Below, in pieces: positions 46,868 through 54,471 of a stretch of 64,000 nucleotides of DNA. The DNA is from a virus (lineage: Duplodnaviria > Heunggongvirae > Uroviricota > Caudoviricetes). The notes beneath the pieces are model-generated. The model saw only the letters and a program-made list of their open reading frames with translations. It was not told where the DNA came from and searched no databases. Every line of letters begins with the position of its first letter. The stretch's first letter is position 1. Location: positions 11,683 through 75,682 of the IMG/VR virus record IMGVR_UViG_2700989044_000001; one strand, 5' to 3'. The position numbers and the translations under genes were made by a program.

Positions 46868-46898
46868 GGAGCTGATTCGTATAGAATCAGCTTTTTAT
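46868..46898 (+). terminator. hairpin followed by T-run upstream of the tRNA cluster
   Basis: GAGCTGATTC-GTATA-GAATCAGCT followed by TTTTTA. Confidence 0.45.
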
Positions 46899-46901
46899 TA
46901 T

Positions 46902-46972
46902 GCGTTTATAGCCAAGTGGTAAGGCCTCGGTCTGCAAAACCGATATCGCGAGTTCAAATCTCGCTAAACGCT
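46902..46972 (+). tRNA. tRNA-Cys (GCA)
   Basis: Cloverleaf read by eye; anticodon loop CTGCAAA; T-loop GTTCAAATC; similar to Bacillus tRNA-Cys. Confidence 0.85.
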
Positions 46973-46979
46973 TTATAAT

Positions 46980-47055
46980 GGCTCCGTGGTGTAGCGGTTA
47001 ACACGCCTGCCTGTCACGTAGGAGATCGCCGGTTCGAATCCGGTCGGGGCCGCCA
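46980..47055 (+). tRNA. tRNA-Asp (GTC)
   Basis: Anticodon loop CCTGTCACG, T-loop GGTTCGAATCC, encoded CCA. Confidence 0.85.
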
Positions 47056-47084
47056 TTAAGTATTTAATGGAAAGAGGTGAAAAC

Positions 47085-47396
47085 ATGTCTAAAGCGTCTA
47101 TGATTGCTAAAATGCTACAAGAGGGTAAAACTATCGAACGTTATAAAGAGGCAGGAAATAGTATGTTACCTATTTTAAAGTCGAAACAACCAGTAACTTT
47201 AGAACCAGTTACTATTGATATTGTTTTAAAAGAAAATGATATTGTGTTTTGTAGAGTGAAGGGTAATTACTATACTCATAAAATCACTGGAATAAGAAAC
47301 AATCAATATCAAATTTCAAACAATCGTGGTTTTGTTAATGGTTGGATATCAAGAGATAAAATCTTCGGTAAAGTTACAAAAATTTGGGATAAATAA
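47085..47396 (+). CDS. S24/S26-like peptidase domain protein (LexA/signal-peptidase fold)
   Basis: GNSMLPIL resembles the GDSM/GSMxP catalytic Ser motif; ATG after AGAGGTGAAAAC. Confidence 0.4.
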   Translation: MSKASMIAKMLQEGKTIERYKEAGNSMLPILKSKQPVTLEPVTIDIVLKENDIVFCRVKGNYYTHKITGIRNNQYQISNNRGFVNGWISRDKIFGKVTKIWDK

Positions 47397-47431
47397 CTTA
47401 CAAAAACAGTTTAATAGTGAGGAGAATTATG

Positions 47432-47557
47432 ATGATGCATAAGATTGATTGGTTATCAGTAAAATTATTATGTTTAGGTGGCATAGTTACTATTGCATTA
47501 ACTGAATTAGCTATAATTATAGCTCACACTATTATCTGGAGTGGTATGGATGTATAA
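47432..47557 (+). CDS. small membrane protein (41 aa)
   Basis: Not in ORF track; RBS AGTGAGGAGAATT; single TM helix. Confidence 0.35.
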   Translation: MMHKIDWLSVKLLCLGGIVTIALTELAIIIAHTIIWSGMDV

Positions 47558-47613
47558 TTTAAAGAAGTTCCTTATACATACCGATAGTTTTAAAAAAGGA
47601 ACTTTATAATAAC

Positions 47614-47689
47614 GGAGGAGTAGCTCAGTTGGTAGAGCGGCAGATTGAAGATCTGCGCGTCGGGGGTTCAAGTCCCTTTTCCTCCACCA
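47614..47689 (+). tRNA. tRNA-Phe (GAA)
   Basis: GGAGGAGTAGCTCAGTTGGTAGAGC D-arm; anticodon loop TTGAAGA; CCA encoded. Confidence 0.85.
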
Positions 47690-47694
47690 TATAT

Positions 47695-47779
47695 GGGGAG
47701 ATAGACCGTAAGTGGAAGCGGGCAGGACTGTAAATCCTGTGAGAAATCCTTGGGTGTTCGATTCGCCCTCTCCCCACCA
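47695..47779 (+). tRNA. tRNA-Tyr (GTA)
   Basis: Anticodon loop ACTGTAAAT, long variable arm, CCA encoded, 85 nt. Confidence 0.8.
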
Positions 47780-47792
47780 TTTTATTAATTAT

Positions 47793-47868
47793 GGCGCGTT
47801 AGCCAAGTGGTAAGGCATCCGGCTTTCTACCGGAGATTACACGAGTTCGAACCTCGTACGCGCTACCA
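47793..47868 (+). tRNA. tRNA-Glu (TTC) (anticodon assignment tentative)
   Basis: Bacillus tRNA-Glu-like architecture; anticodon loop CTTTCTA gives TTC but carries an unusual pyrimidine at position 37. Confidence 0.55.
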
Positions 47869-47873
47869 TTTTT

Positions 47874-47948
47874 GCCGGTTTAGCTCAGCGGTAGAGCGCT
47901 CCCCTTGTAAGGGAGATGTCGTGGGTTCAAATCCTATAACCGGCTCCA
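47874..47948 (+). tRNA. tRNA-Thr (TGT)
   Basis: GCCGGTTTAGCTCAGCGGTAGAGC; anticodon loop CTTGTAA. Confidence 0.85.
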
Positions 47949-47972
47949 TGTTATTTTAAAGGAGGAATTCGC

Positions 47973-48176
47973 ATGATATCTAAGCTTATCAATTTGTTTT
48001 CTAGAAAGAAAACTCCCGCTGAATTAGTCCGATTAAGAAAAGTAAGCAATTTAGAATCGCAAGGTGATATGATGTCAGGAGTTATTAGACAATACCAACA
48101 AATGAATAATAAACAAATGGCTAATCAGATTTTAAAAGAATCTATTGAACCATTAAAGAAAGCTAAATTTAAATAA
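47973..48176 (+). CDS. hypothetical protein
   Basis: ORF after AAAGGAGGAATTCGC. Confidence 0.45.
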   Translation: MISKLINLFSRKKTPAELVRLRKVSNLESQGDMMSGVIRQYQQMNNKQMANQILKESIEPLKKAKFK

Positions 48177-48440
48177 TATTTGCAGGTTGTAAGTGGAATG
48201 ATAGCCACTAGAATCCATATAGCACAACGAAAACATGAGGTAGCTCCTCATTCGTCTTAGGTGAACCTCCCTGTGCAAAAGAGAGTTTGATTCTCTCCAC
48301 CTGCTCCATATATGTCATCGGTAGTTTAAATAGAATAGGCTTAGATAATCTGCGACCAAAAGATAGTGGACCTAAGTTCTAAGAACAGTCCCATTGTGAT
48401 GGGGAAAGTTAAGGTGCGATTCCTTATCGAGACACCATTC

Positions 48441-48530
48441 GGAGGGTTACTCTAATTGGTAAGAGAACAGTCTTGAAAACTGTCGTAGGTATAAAAGCCG
48501 ATGGGGGTTCGAGTCCCTCACCCTCCGCCA
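48441..48530 (+). tRNA. tRNA-Ser (TGA)
   Basis: Anticodon loop CTTGAAA, 20-nt variable arm, 90 nt. Confidence 0.8.
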
Positions 48531-48552
48531 TATAATTTATTAGGAGAAATCT

Positions 48553-48858
48553 ATGAAAAAATATGAATTTAAAGTTAAAGGATATGTTATTCACTCCACT
48601 TTAAAGGAGTTTTTCCCTAATAATAAAATTGTTTATACAATTGACTGTTATTCTTTAACTGGAAGAAATTGGTGTGATTCTGTTGTCACAAATAGTATTG
48701 CATTTAGAGTAAATTGGGATGAATATAGTAAAATTATGCAAGCTAATTTTAATTGTGTTTTTAAAAAAATGAAATTATATTATGGATCTTACGATGAATG
48801 TAAAAGGGCAATTGAATTTTCAAAAACTCTTATTGTTATGAATAAATTGTTAAAATAA
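48553..48858 (+). CDS. hypothetical protein
   Basis: ORF after TAGGAGAAATCT. Confidence 0.4.
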   Translation: MKKYEFKVKGYVIHSTLKEFFPNNKIVYTIDCYSLTGRNWCDSVVTNSIAFRVNWDEYSKIMQANFNCVFKKMKLYYGSYDECKRAIEFSKTLIVMNKLLK

Positions 48859-48919
48859 ATATCAGAAGATAATTGTATTCGAGATATGTCGGTTCAATTC
48901 CCAAATCTTCTAATTATAT

Positions 48920-48997
48920 AGGGGATTAAAGATAATTGGATAATCGTCTGGCCTCCAAAGCCATGATACGCGGGTTCGATTCCTGCATCCCCTGCCA
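48920..48997 (+). tRNA. tRNA-Trp (CCA) candidate with atypical D-arm
   Basis: Acceptor AGGGGAT/ATCCCCT, anticodon loop CTCCAAA identical to Bacillus tRNA-Trp, T-loop GGTTCGATTCC; no clean D-stem pairing found. Confidence 0.5.
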
Positions 48998-49008
48998 TAA
49001 AAACAAAA

Positions 49009-49041
49009 GGAGAATGCTTAATGAAAATTTTTAGCATCGAT
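49009..49041 (+). repeat. 33-nt direct repeat copy 1 (RBS + MKIFSID mini-ORF start)
   Basis: GGAGAATGCTTAATGAAAATTTTTAGCATCGAT; 31/33 identical to copy 2. Confidence 0.8.
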
Positions 49042-49120
49042 ATCATACCAAGCTCATAAGACTATAAATTCCTTGAGGTATCTTATGAGCTTGGTTTTTA
49101 ACTCAAGGAGGTATGATATC

Positions 49121-49399
49121 ATGAAAAACAGAAGTCTTGATTATTATCGTCATCACAGAAAACGTATTATTGCTAGAAAAGTTTATATTTTTACTCATAT
49201 TTGGGGAAATGAATTATTCGAATATGAGAACAGAGACTATAAACCATTTCCAATTGGAAAATATTCAAAAGGAAAAGTACATTGTAGTTGTAAGGTTTGC
49301 AAATATGACAAGCATTTTGAGATTAAAAAACATAAAGTCAAATCAAAAGAACAAGCAATGAAACAAGAAATTGATGATTATTTTAATAATAAAGAATAA
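49121..49399 (+). CDS. hypothetical basic protein with C-x2-C...C-x2-C motif
   Basis: ATG after AAGGAGGTATGATATC (ORF-track 49073 start rejected). Confidence 0.45.
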   Translation: MKNRSLDYYRHHRKRIIARKVYIFTHIWGNELFEYENRDYKPFPIGKYSKGKVHCSCKVCKYDKHFEIKKHKVKSKEQAMKQEIDDYFNNKE

Positions 49400-49438
49400 C
49401 GTTTTACAATTTTCATGTAATAAGTAAAGGAGAATGTT

Positions 49439-49471
49439 TAATGAAAATTTTTAGCATTGATTTTGAACACC
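49439..49471 (+). repeat. 33-nt direct repeat copy 2 (RBS + MKIFSID mini-ORF start)
   Basis: GGAGAATGTTTAATGAAAATTTTTAGCATTGAT. Confidence 0.8.
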
Positions 49472-49504
49472 TTTAGTGAAGTCATAAACTAAAGGAGAAA
49501 TTAT

Positions 49505-49900
49505 ATGTTACAAGAAGAAGTAATTGACATGATCATGGAAGAGATATCTGAGTTCGTAGAAAATTATATTATTATGTCATCATTGATGCAAGATGCTCTT
49601 TATACTGAGGTCGATCCAGGCAAATCAATAAGATTTTTAACTCGTTCCGAAAGATACGGTAGTATTTATTCTGAGGTAAGACATCAAATAATAAAAAGAG
49701 GTAGAACAAGAATTGCATTCAGCTTTAGATTTCTTAAAGAAGAGGCTGATTATGCTATGGAATTAGTTCATTTATTGGAAAGTTATGTTGAATATAGTTT
49801 TGGTAATTATTCAAATCACTATAGTTGCAACTTTGTTTTAGATGTAGGTTCTAAGAAAAATGGTATTGAACTATTTGAAAAAGTTAGTTTCTTAAAATAG
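49505..49900 (+). CDS. hypothetical protein
   Basis: ORF after AAAGGAGAAATTAT. Confidence 0.45.
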   Translation: MLQEEVIDMIMEEISEFVENYIIMSSLMQDALYTEVDPGKSIRFLTRSERYGSIYSEVRHQIIKRGRTRIAFSFRFLKEEADYAMELVHLLESYVEYSFGNYSNHYSCNFVLDVGSKKNGIELFEKVSFLK

Positions 49901-49927
49901 ACAAAATATTTTGTCTATTTTTTTTAT
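49899..49927 (+). terminator. rho-independent terminator
   Basis: TAGACAAAATATTTTGTCTA palindrome followed by T9. Confidence 0.8.
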
Positions 49928-50008
49928 CGTAAAGTTACGAAAAAAGATTTACAATTTTGACTAAATTTGATATAATCTATATATAACATAAAAATAGAGG
50001 GTGATACA

Positions 50009-50194
50009 GTGGACGAATTGCTGCATAGGAGAGCTACTAAAAACTTAGAAGAATTTAAGTGTCTTCAAGAAGATTTAAGATTATTTGTCTTAGAAAATGG
50101 TAAGGATCCAGATGTATTTATGCAAGAATTTGGTAAATTGTATTTAGATGAAATAACTCCAGAAAAAATTCAAGAAATTATGGATAGGATATAG
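50009..50194 (+). CDS. hypothetical protein
   Basis: GTG start after AGAGGGTGATACA. Confidence 0.4.
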   Translation: MDELLHRRATKNLEEFKCLQEDLRLFVLENGKDPDVFMQEFGKLYLDEITPEKIQEIMDRI

Positions 50195-50202
50195 ATGAGT
50201 TT

Positions 50203-50487
50203 ATGATGGAAAAGAAGCCAAAGAAGCCAAAGTATAAAATGCTAAAAGATTTTAGATTAAAGCTTTTGTTATTTGAAAGCTTAGAAGACAAGCGCATAAA
50301 CTCAATATCAAATATAGATATTTACTATACAAAAGTTAAATCCGGTAAGTTTTTATTTCCATGTAAGAAGAAAATATTAGTTAGACTTACTGTCGAAGAA
50401 GAATTATTTGTTTTAGAATGTATGACAAAAAATTTGGATTTACAAAAACTAACTATGGGATACGAATATGAAATAGAATATAAATGA
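50203..50487 (+). CDS. tandem paralog 1 (EYEIEYK family)
   Basis: Shares the VKSGK...ECMTKNLDLQKL...EYEIEYK core. Confidence 0.5.
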   Translation: MMEKKPKKPKYKMLKDFRLKLLLFESLEDKRINSISNIDIYYTKVKSGKFLFPCKKKILVRLTVEEELFVLECMTKNLDLQKLTMGYEYEIEYK

Positions 50488-50496
50488 GGTTAAATT

Positions 50497-50775
50497 ATGG
50501 TAAATAGGGGTGCGTACGAAAAACTAGCTGATGTACAAATAAAAGGCGGCATCATTAAAGATCTTGTAAAACAAGATATAGAGTCAATATCAGATATAGA
50601 GATTTATCATAAGAAAGTTAAAACTGGTAAACGCTATTTCTCTCGTAAAAAAGACGTAAGAGTTATTAAATTTATTATACGTAGTGAAGAGTTATTTGTT
50701 ATTGAATGTATGACTAAGAACTTAGATTTACAAGAATTAGCAGGCGGAAATGAGTATGAAATAGAATATAAGTGA
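50497..50775 (+). CDS. tandem paralog 2
   Basis: ...VKTGK...ECMTKNLDLQELAGGNEYEIEYK. Confidence 0.5.
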   Translation: MVNRGAYEKLADVQIKGGIIKDLVKQDIESISDIEIYHKKVKTGKRYFSRKKDVRVIKFIIRSEELFVIECMTKNLDLQELAGGNEYEIEYK

Positions 50776-50784
50776 GGGGAAATA

Positions 50785-51069
50785 ATGTCTCAAAGTACAA
50801 CATTCGATGTATTGCATAACGCAGCGATTGAAGCCTTTATTAAAAAGAAAGTTGAAGAAAGAGATTTAAAATCTATATTAGAAGTGGAAGTTCGTTTTAA
50901 ATCAGTTAAAACTGGTAAAAAAGTTTTCTTTTTCTTTTCAAAAAAGAAACAAATAGGTATTGTGAGATTTAAGGTTAATGAAGAGTTGTCTATTATAGAA
51001 CACATGACAAAAGGATTAGATTTTAAAGAATTAGCGGGTAAAAGAGAATATGAAATAATATACGTTTAA
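50785..51069 (+). CDS. tandem paralog 3
   Basis: ...VKTGKK...FKVNEELSIIEHMTKGLDFKELAGKREYEIIYV. Confidence 0.5.
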   Translation: MSQSTTFDVLHNAAIEAFIKKKVEERDLKSILEVEVRFKSVKTGKKVFFFFSKKKQIGIVRFKVNEELSIIEHMTKGLDFKELAGKREYEIIYV

Positions 51070-51093
51070 GAAACAAGCGAGAGGAGAAGAACT

Positions 51094-51393
51094 ATGACTA
51101 AAGGCGAAATGTCTAATAGAGATAAAGTTACTATTTTAAGAAATGCAGCTATTAAATCTTCCGTTAGAAAAAATATTGAACAAAGAGATTTAGAATCCAT
51201 ATTGGAAGTAGAAGTTTGTTTCCAAATAGTTAAAACTGGTGAATACGTTTCACTAGTTGAAAATAGAGATGAAGCAGTAACTATTGTGAGATTTAAAGTC
51301 GATGAAGAATTATCTCTCATAGAGCATATGATAAAGGGATTAGACTTTAAAGAATTAGCGGGTAAAAGAGAATATGAAATAATATATGTTTAA
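51094..51393 (+). CDS. tandem paralog 4
   Basis: ...VKTGE...FKVDEELSLIEHMIKGLDFKELAGKREYEIIYV; 3' ~75 nt about 90% identical to paralog 3. Confidence 0.5.
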   Translation: MTKGEMSNRDKVTILRNAAIKSSVRKNIEQRDLESILEVEVCFQIVKTGEYVSLVENRDEAVTIVRFKVDEELSLIEHMIKGLDFKELAGKREYEIIYV

Positions 51394-51403
51394 GGAGCTT
51401 TTT

Positions 51404-51685
51404 ATGTCTGATAAAAATGATTTCCATAGATTATTTAACAGTTTAGATATACAAAGAATTATGGATACAATTTCAGAGAAAAAATTCAAATCAATATTAG
51501 AAGTAGATATTAATTACAAGAAAATCCCAACGGGTAAAAAATTTCTTTTTTTCCAACGTAAAGAGATGATTTTTATTTTCAAATTTAAAGTTAATGAAGA
51601 GCTTTCAATTATTGAGCATATGACAAAAGGCTTGAATTTCCAAGAATTAACAAAAGGTTGTAAGTATGAAATAGAATATGTATGA
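51404..51685 (+). CDS. tandem paralog 5
   Basis: ...IPTGKK...FKVNEELSIIEHMTKGLNFQELTKGCKYEIEYV; ATG after AAGGAG. Confidence 0.5.
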   Translation: MSDKNDFHRLFNSLDIQRIMDTISEKKFKSILEVDINYKKIPTGKKFLFFQRKEMIFIFKFKVNEELSIIEHMTKGLNFQELTKGCKYEIEYV

Positions 51686-51986
51686 GGTGTTTAAATTGCC
51701 TAACGATAAAGAGATAGATGAATTCTATTTTAGTGCTATTCATTTTTTGATGGAACATTCAGTTAGAGAAGGTCCATTTAAAAGTATTGAAAAGGTAGAA
51801 GTAATAAGTAAAGAATTTAAATATACAAGGTTTTGTTTCACTCTCAAGAAATCTGTAACAGTTGTTAAGTTTGTTGTAAATGAAAGTATACTTGTTGCTG
51901 AAACTTTAATGAATAATTTAAATATTGAGAATTTCTTGAATTCTATATGTGGAAAGGAATACAAATGGGAAATTGAGTATATTTAA
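51678..51986 (+). CDS. tandem paralog 6 (divergent)
   Basis: Divergent but ends KFVVNES...GKEYKWEIEYI. Confidence 0.45.
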   Translation: MYEVFKLPNDKEIDEFYFSAIHFLMEHSVREGPFKSIEKVEVISKEFKYTRFCFTLKKSVTVVKFVVNESILVAETLMNNLNIENFLNSICGKEYKWEIEYI

Positions 51987-52002
51987 TAAGAGGTGAATTG
52001 TT

Positions 52003-52545
52003 ATGGACCTTTATGAAGCTGGTAATATAAAGAGTCTTGAAAACCGGATAAAAGACACAATTTGGGTAGATAGTCAATCTTCTATTCAATATTTAATAAA
52101 AAAGAAGTATTTCCGTAAAAAAGTGATAAAAGATAAAGGTACTAAAAATGAATATGTTAGTTATTTCTTTTTTAGGTATAAAGAAGATAAGATGTTATTT
52201 ATGAAAGAATATTACAAAAAATTATCAAAGACAGATGGTATAAGAGAAATACATGATAAAATTGGTTTATTATTTGGTTACCCGCCAAAGGCTGTGCAAA
52301 AATTTCACTCTAGAGATTATACTTCCAACATTTATTTTAATTTTTGTGGTATGGTTTTCTCTTCTTACCCTGAGACAATTATAGAAGACGTGAAATGGCT
52401 TCTATTAAATAAACCTTTGATAGAAGGAGAAGTTATTGAAATAGAAAAAGGGGTTATCACTCTTAAAAGAGAATCAGTTACAATTGGAGATTATGATTGG
52501 GAAAGAAAGTTGCAAAATTTAGTTTTAAAGTATAGTTCTAATTAG
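52003..52545 (+). CDS. hypothetical protein
   Basis: ORF after AAGAGGTGAATTGTT. Confidence 0.45.
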   Translation: MDLYEAGNIKSLENRIKDTIWVDSQSSIQYLIKKKYFRKKVIKDKGTKNEYVSYFFFRYKEDKMLFMKEYYKKLSKTDGIREIHDKIGLLFGYPPKAVQKFHSRDYTSNIYFNFCGMVFSSYPETIIEDVKWLLLNKPLIEGEVIEIEKGVITLKRESVTIGDYDWERKLQNLVLKYSSN

Positions 52546-52560
52546 AAAGGAGAGTTATTT

Positions 52561-53169
52561 GTGGATTGGGGAGAAACAAAACTTAAAAGCATAAAAGAAG
52601 AGATATTGTATGTGTTTCCGTTTGGTTCAAAAGTTTATGGAAATGTTACAAAAAATTCTGATACAGATTTGATTGTAGTTGTTAAGGGCAACGAAGAATT
52701 GAAATATCAAATATGCGATGATGACGGTGATATTCACGTGTATAGTAGAAAAACGTTTGAGGGATTAATAGATAGACATGATATCTCTGCATTAGAGTGT
52801 ATTTTTTCTAACGATACAGATTTTGATTTTGTGTTAGATTTTGAGAAATTAAGAAGATCGATTTCTGCAGTTGCGTCTAATAGTTTTGTAAAGTGTAAGA
52901 AAAAATTAACTTCAGGCTCAGATTATAACCCGTACATAGCAAAGAAAAGTATGTTTCATTCAATAAGAATACTTGAATTTGGAATTCAAATTGCTAAGTA
53001 TGGTAAAATTACAGATTTTGGTTGCGCCAATCACTATTATGAAATGCTGTTGGAGATGGATGATTGGGGAACTATTAAAAATTATTTTCAACCAATTGCA
53101 AATAAATTGAAATCTGAGTTTAAAAAATTAGCACCTTTAGATAAAGATATATATAACAAAAAATGGTAG
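52561..53169 (+). CDS. nucleotidyltransferase (Pol beta superfamily) domain protein
   Basis: FPFGSKVYGNVTKNSDTDLIVV matches the hG[GS]x9-13Dh[DE]h NTase motif; downstream acidic DDDGD. Confidence 0.5.
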   Translation: MDWGETKLKSIKEEILYVFPFGSKVYGNVTKNSDTDLIVVVKGNEELKYQICDDDGDIHVYSRKTFEGLIDRHDISALECIFSNDTDFDFVLDFEKLRRSISAVASNSFVKCKKKLTSGSDYNPYIAKKSMFHSIRILEFGIQIAKYGKITDFGCANHYYEMLLEMDDWGTIKNYFQPIANKLKSEFKKLAPLDKDIYNKKW

Positions 53170-53185
53170 AAAAGAGTGTGAACAT

Positions 53186-53557
53186 ATGGGTTATTTAAGT
53201 TTTTCTGACGCAAAAGATGAAAGAAAGAAACTAGTGAATGGTTGGACTTATATTGAAAAAGCGCTTCCTGGATCTAAAGATGTATTACAACAAATATGTG
53301 CTATGTTAACTTTAGCCCATTCTCCAACTTCTGTTCGTCAAAATAAAAAGAGTGAAAAGAAGAAAAATCTCGTAGTATATAAGTATCATATTGTTTTTGA
53401 AAATGGTAAGAAATTCGCTACTATTTATATTGATATAAATAATAAAGATAATTATAAAGTTAGATTGTTTTATAAAGATAAGAAACCACATGAAGCAAAA
53501 GTTGTTGGATTCTCTACTTTAGATGAATTACAAGAACATATCGCTGATTTCTTATAA
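53186..53557 (+). CDS. hypothetical protein
   Basis: ORF only. Confidence 0.4.
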   Translation: MGYLSFSDAKDERKKLVNGWTYIEKALPGSKDVLQQICAMLTLAHSPTSVRQNKKSEKKKNLVVYKYHIVFENGKKFATIYIDINNKDNYKVRLFYKDKKPHEAKVVGFSTLDELQEHIADFL

Positions 53558-53568
53558 GGAGAATATAA

Positions 53569-53958
53569 ATGAAAAAAAGATTGAAAAGAAAATCTAATAG
53601 TATATTAAATGTCAATGATATATGCGTTAATTACGATTATGTACATGGTGCGTTAGAAAATATTACTTTTGGTCGCATTAGTCAATCAGAAGGACAACCT
53701 TTAGAAATATGGAAAGCAGAGGATGGTAACTTGGTTTTAATTAACGGTTACCATCGCTTTGTAGAAGGTATATTGAAGGGTTTAAATGAGTTTGATGTTA
53801 TTTATGTTGAGTATGATGATGAAAATAAAGAATATATTGATGAGTATAATCCTTCAGCATATGATTTCCTTAATAAGAATTCAAAATATAGAGGGTTAGA
53901 AGATTTCAAGAGTGAAGAAGAATTAGATGAACTCGCATCACTACTATTAGAAGGGTAG
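53569..53958 (+). CDS. hypothetical protein with MKKRLKRK leader (possible ParB-like GYHR motif)
   Basis: LINGYHRFVEG resembles the ParB-N DGxHR motif; N-terminal MKKRLKRK. Confidence 0.4.
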   Translation: MKKRLKRKSNSILNVNDICVNYDYVHGALENITFGRISQSEGQPLEIWKAEDGNLVLINGYHRFVEGILKGLNEFDVIYVEYDDENKEYIDEYNPSAYDFLNKNSKYRGLEDFKSEEELDELASLLLEG

Positions 53959-53965
53959 GTAAATT

Positions 53966-54154
53966 ATGAAAAAGATTGAAACTTTACAAGATGTATCAGA
54001 TTTTGTTGAAAAAGTAAATAGTGTTTCAATAGATAACATAAATGATCTTTTTAAGCAATTAGAAATAAAGAAACAAAATGGTGAAAATGTAGATAAACAA
54101 TTTGAAATGTTAGAAAATTTTAAGAAAATGAAAACAATTTTTAACTCTAATTAG
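53966..54154 (+). CDS. hypothetical protein
   Basis: ORF only. Confidence 0.35.
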   Translation: MKKIETLQDVSDFVEKVNSVSIDNINDLFKQLEIKKQNGENVDKQFEMLENFKKMKTIFNSN

Positions 54155-54167
54155 TAAGGAGATTTGC

Positions 54168-54455
54168 ATGGAAAAGATATATGAAGCTTTAAAAGGTGTA
54201 GTAGCTTCTGTTAAGTTGATAAACCCTAATTTAAGTGATGAATTAGAGTTGGAATATAATGAAATTCAAGTTCGTTTTGCAAATAGCACTAATATGTTTT
54301 ATTTTATAGAATTTGAAGATGGGAAACTAAAGGTTTATGACTATGTGTTTTTAGATGGGCAAAAAAGAATTTACAATAATGTCGATTCTTTTATTAGTCA
54401 TATAGAATTTAATTTTTCACAATTAGTAAGTATAATTGAAAAAATATCAAAGTAA
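54168..54455 (+). CDS. hypothetical protein
   Basis: ORF after AAGGAGATTTGC. Confidence 0.4.
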   Translation: MEKIYEALKGVVASVKLINPNLSDELELEYNEIQVRFANSTNMFYFIEFEDGKLKVYDYVFLDGQKRIYNNVDSFISHIEFNFSQLVSIIEKISK

Positions 54456-54471
54456 AGAAAGAGGTATTAAA

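Noticed and set aside
46902-48997. tRNA genes as prophage attachment sites or an integrase nearby
   Set aside because: tRNAs are clustered and phage-encoded. No integrase, excisionase or attachment-site repeat was seen. The surrounding genes are phage early and metabolic genes, which is consistent with a virulent phage.
49137-49361. 74-aa ORF in an alternative frame overlapping 49121-49399
   Set aside because: It overlaps a better-supported gene with a strong RBS, and its translation is hydrophobic low complexity.
50203-51986. Possibility that the regularly spaced ~290-bp repeat array is a CRISPR or other non-coding repeat
   Set aside because: The repeat unit is a complete gene with an RBS and ORF, the period is far too long for CRISPR, and spacers are absent. 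It is a tandem paralogous gene array.
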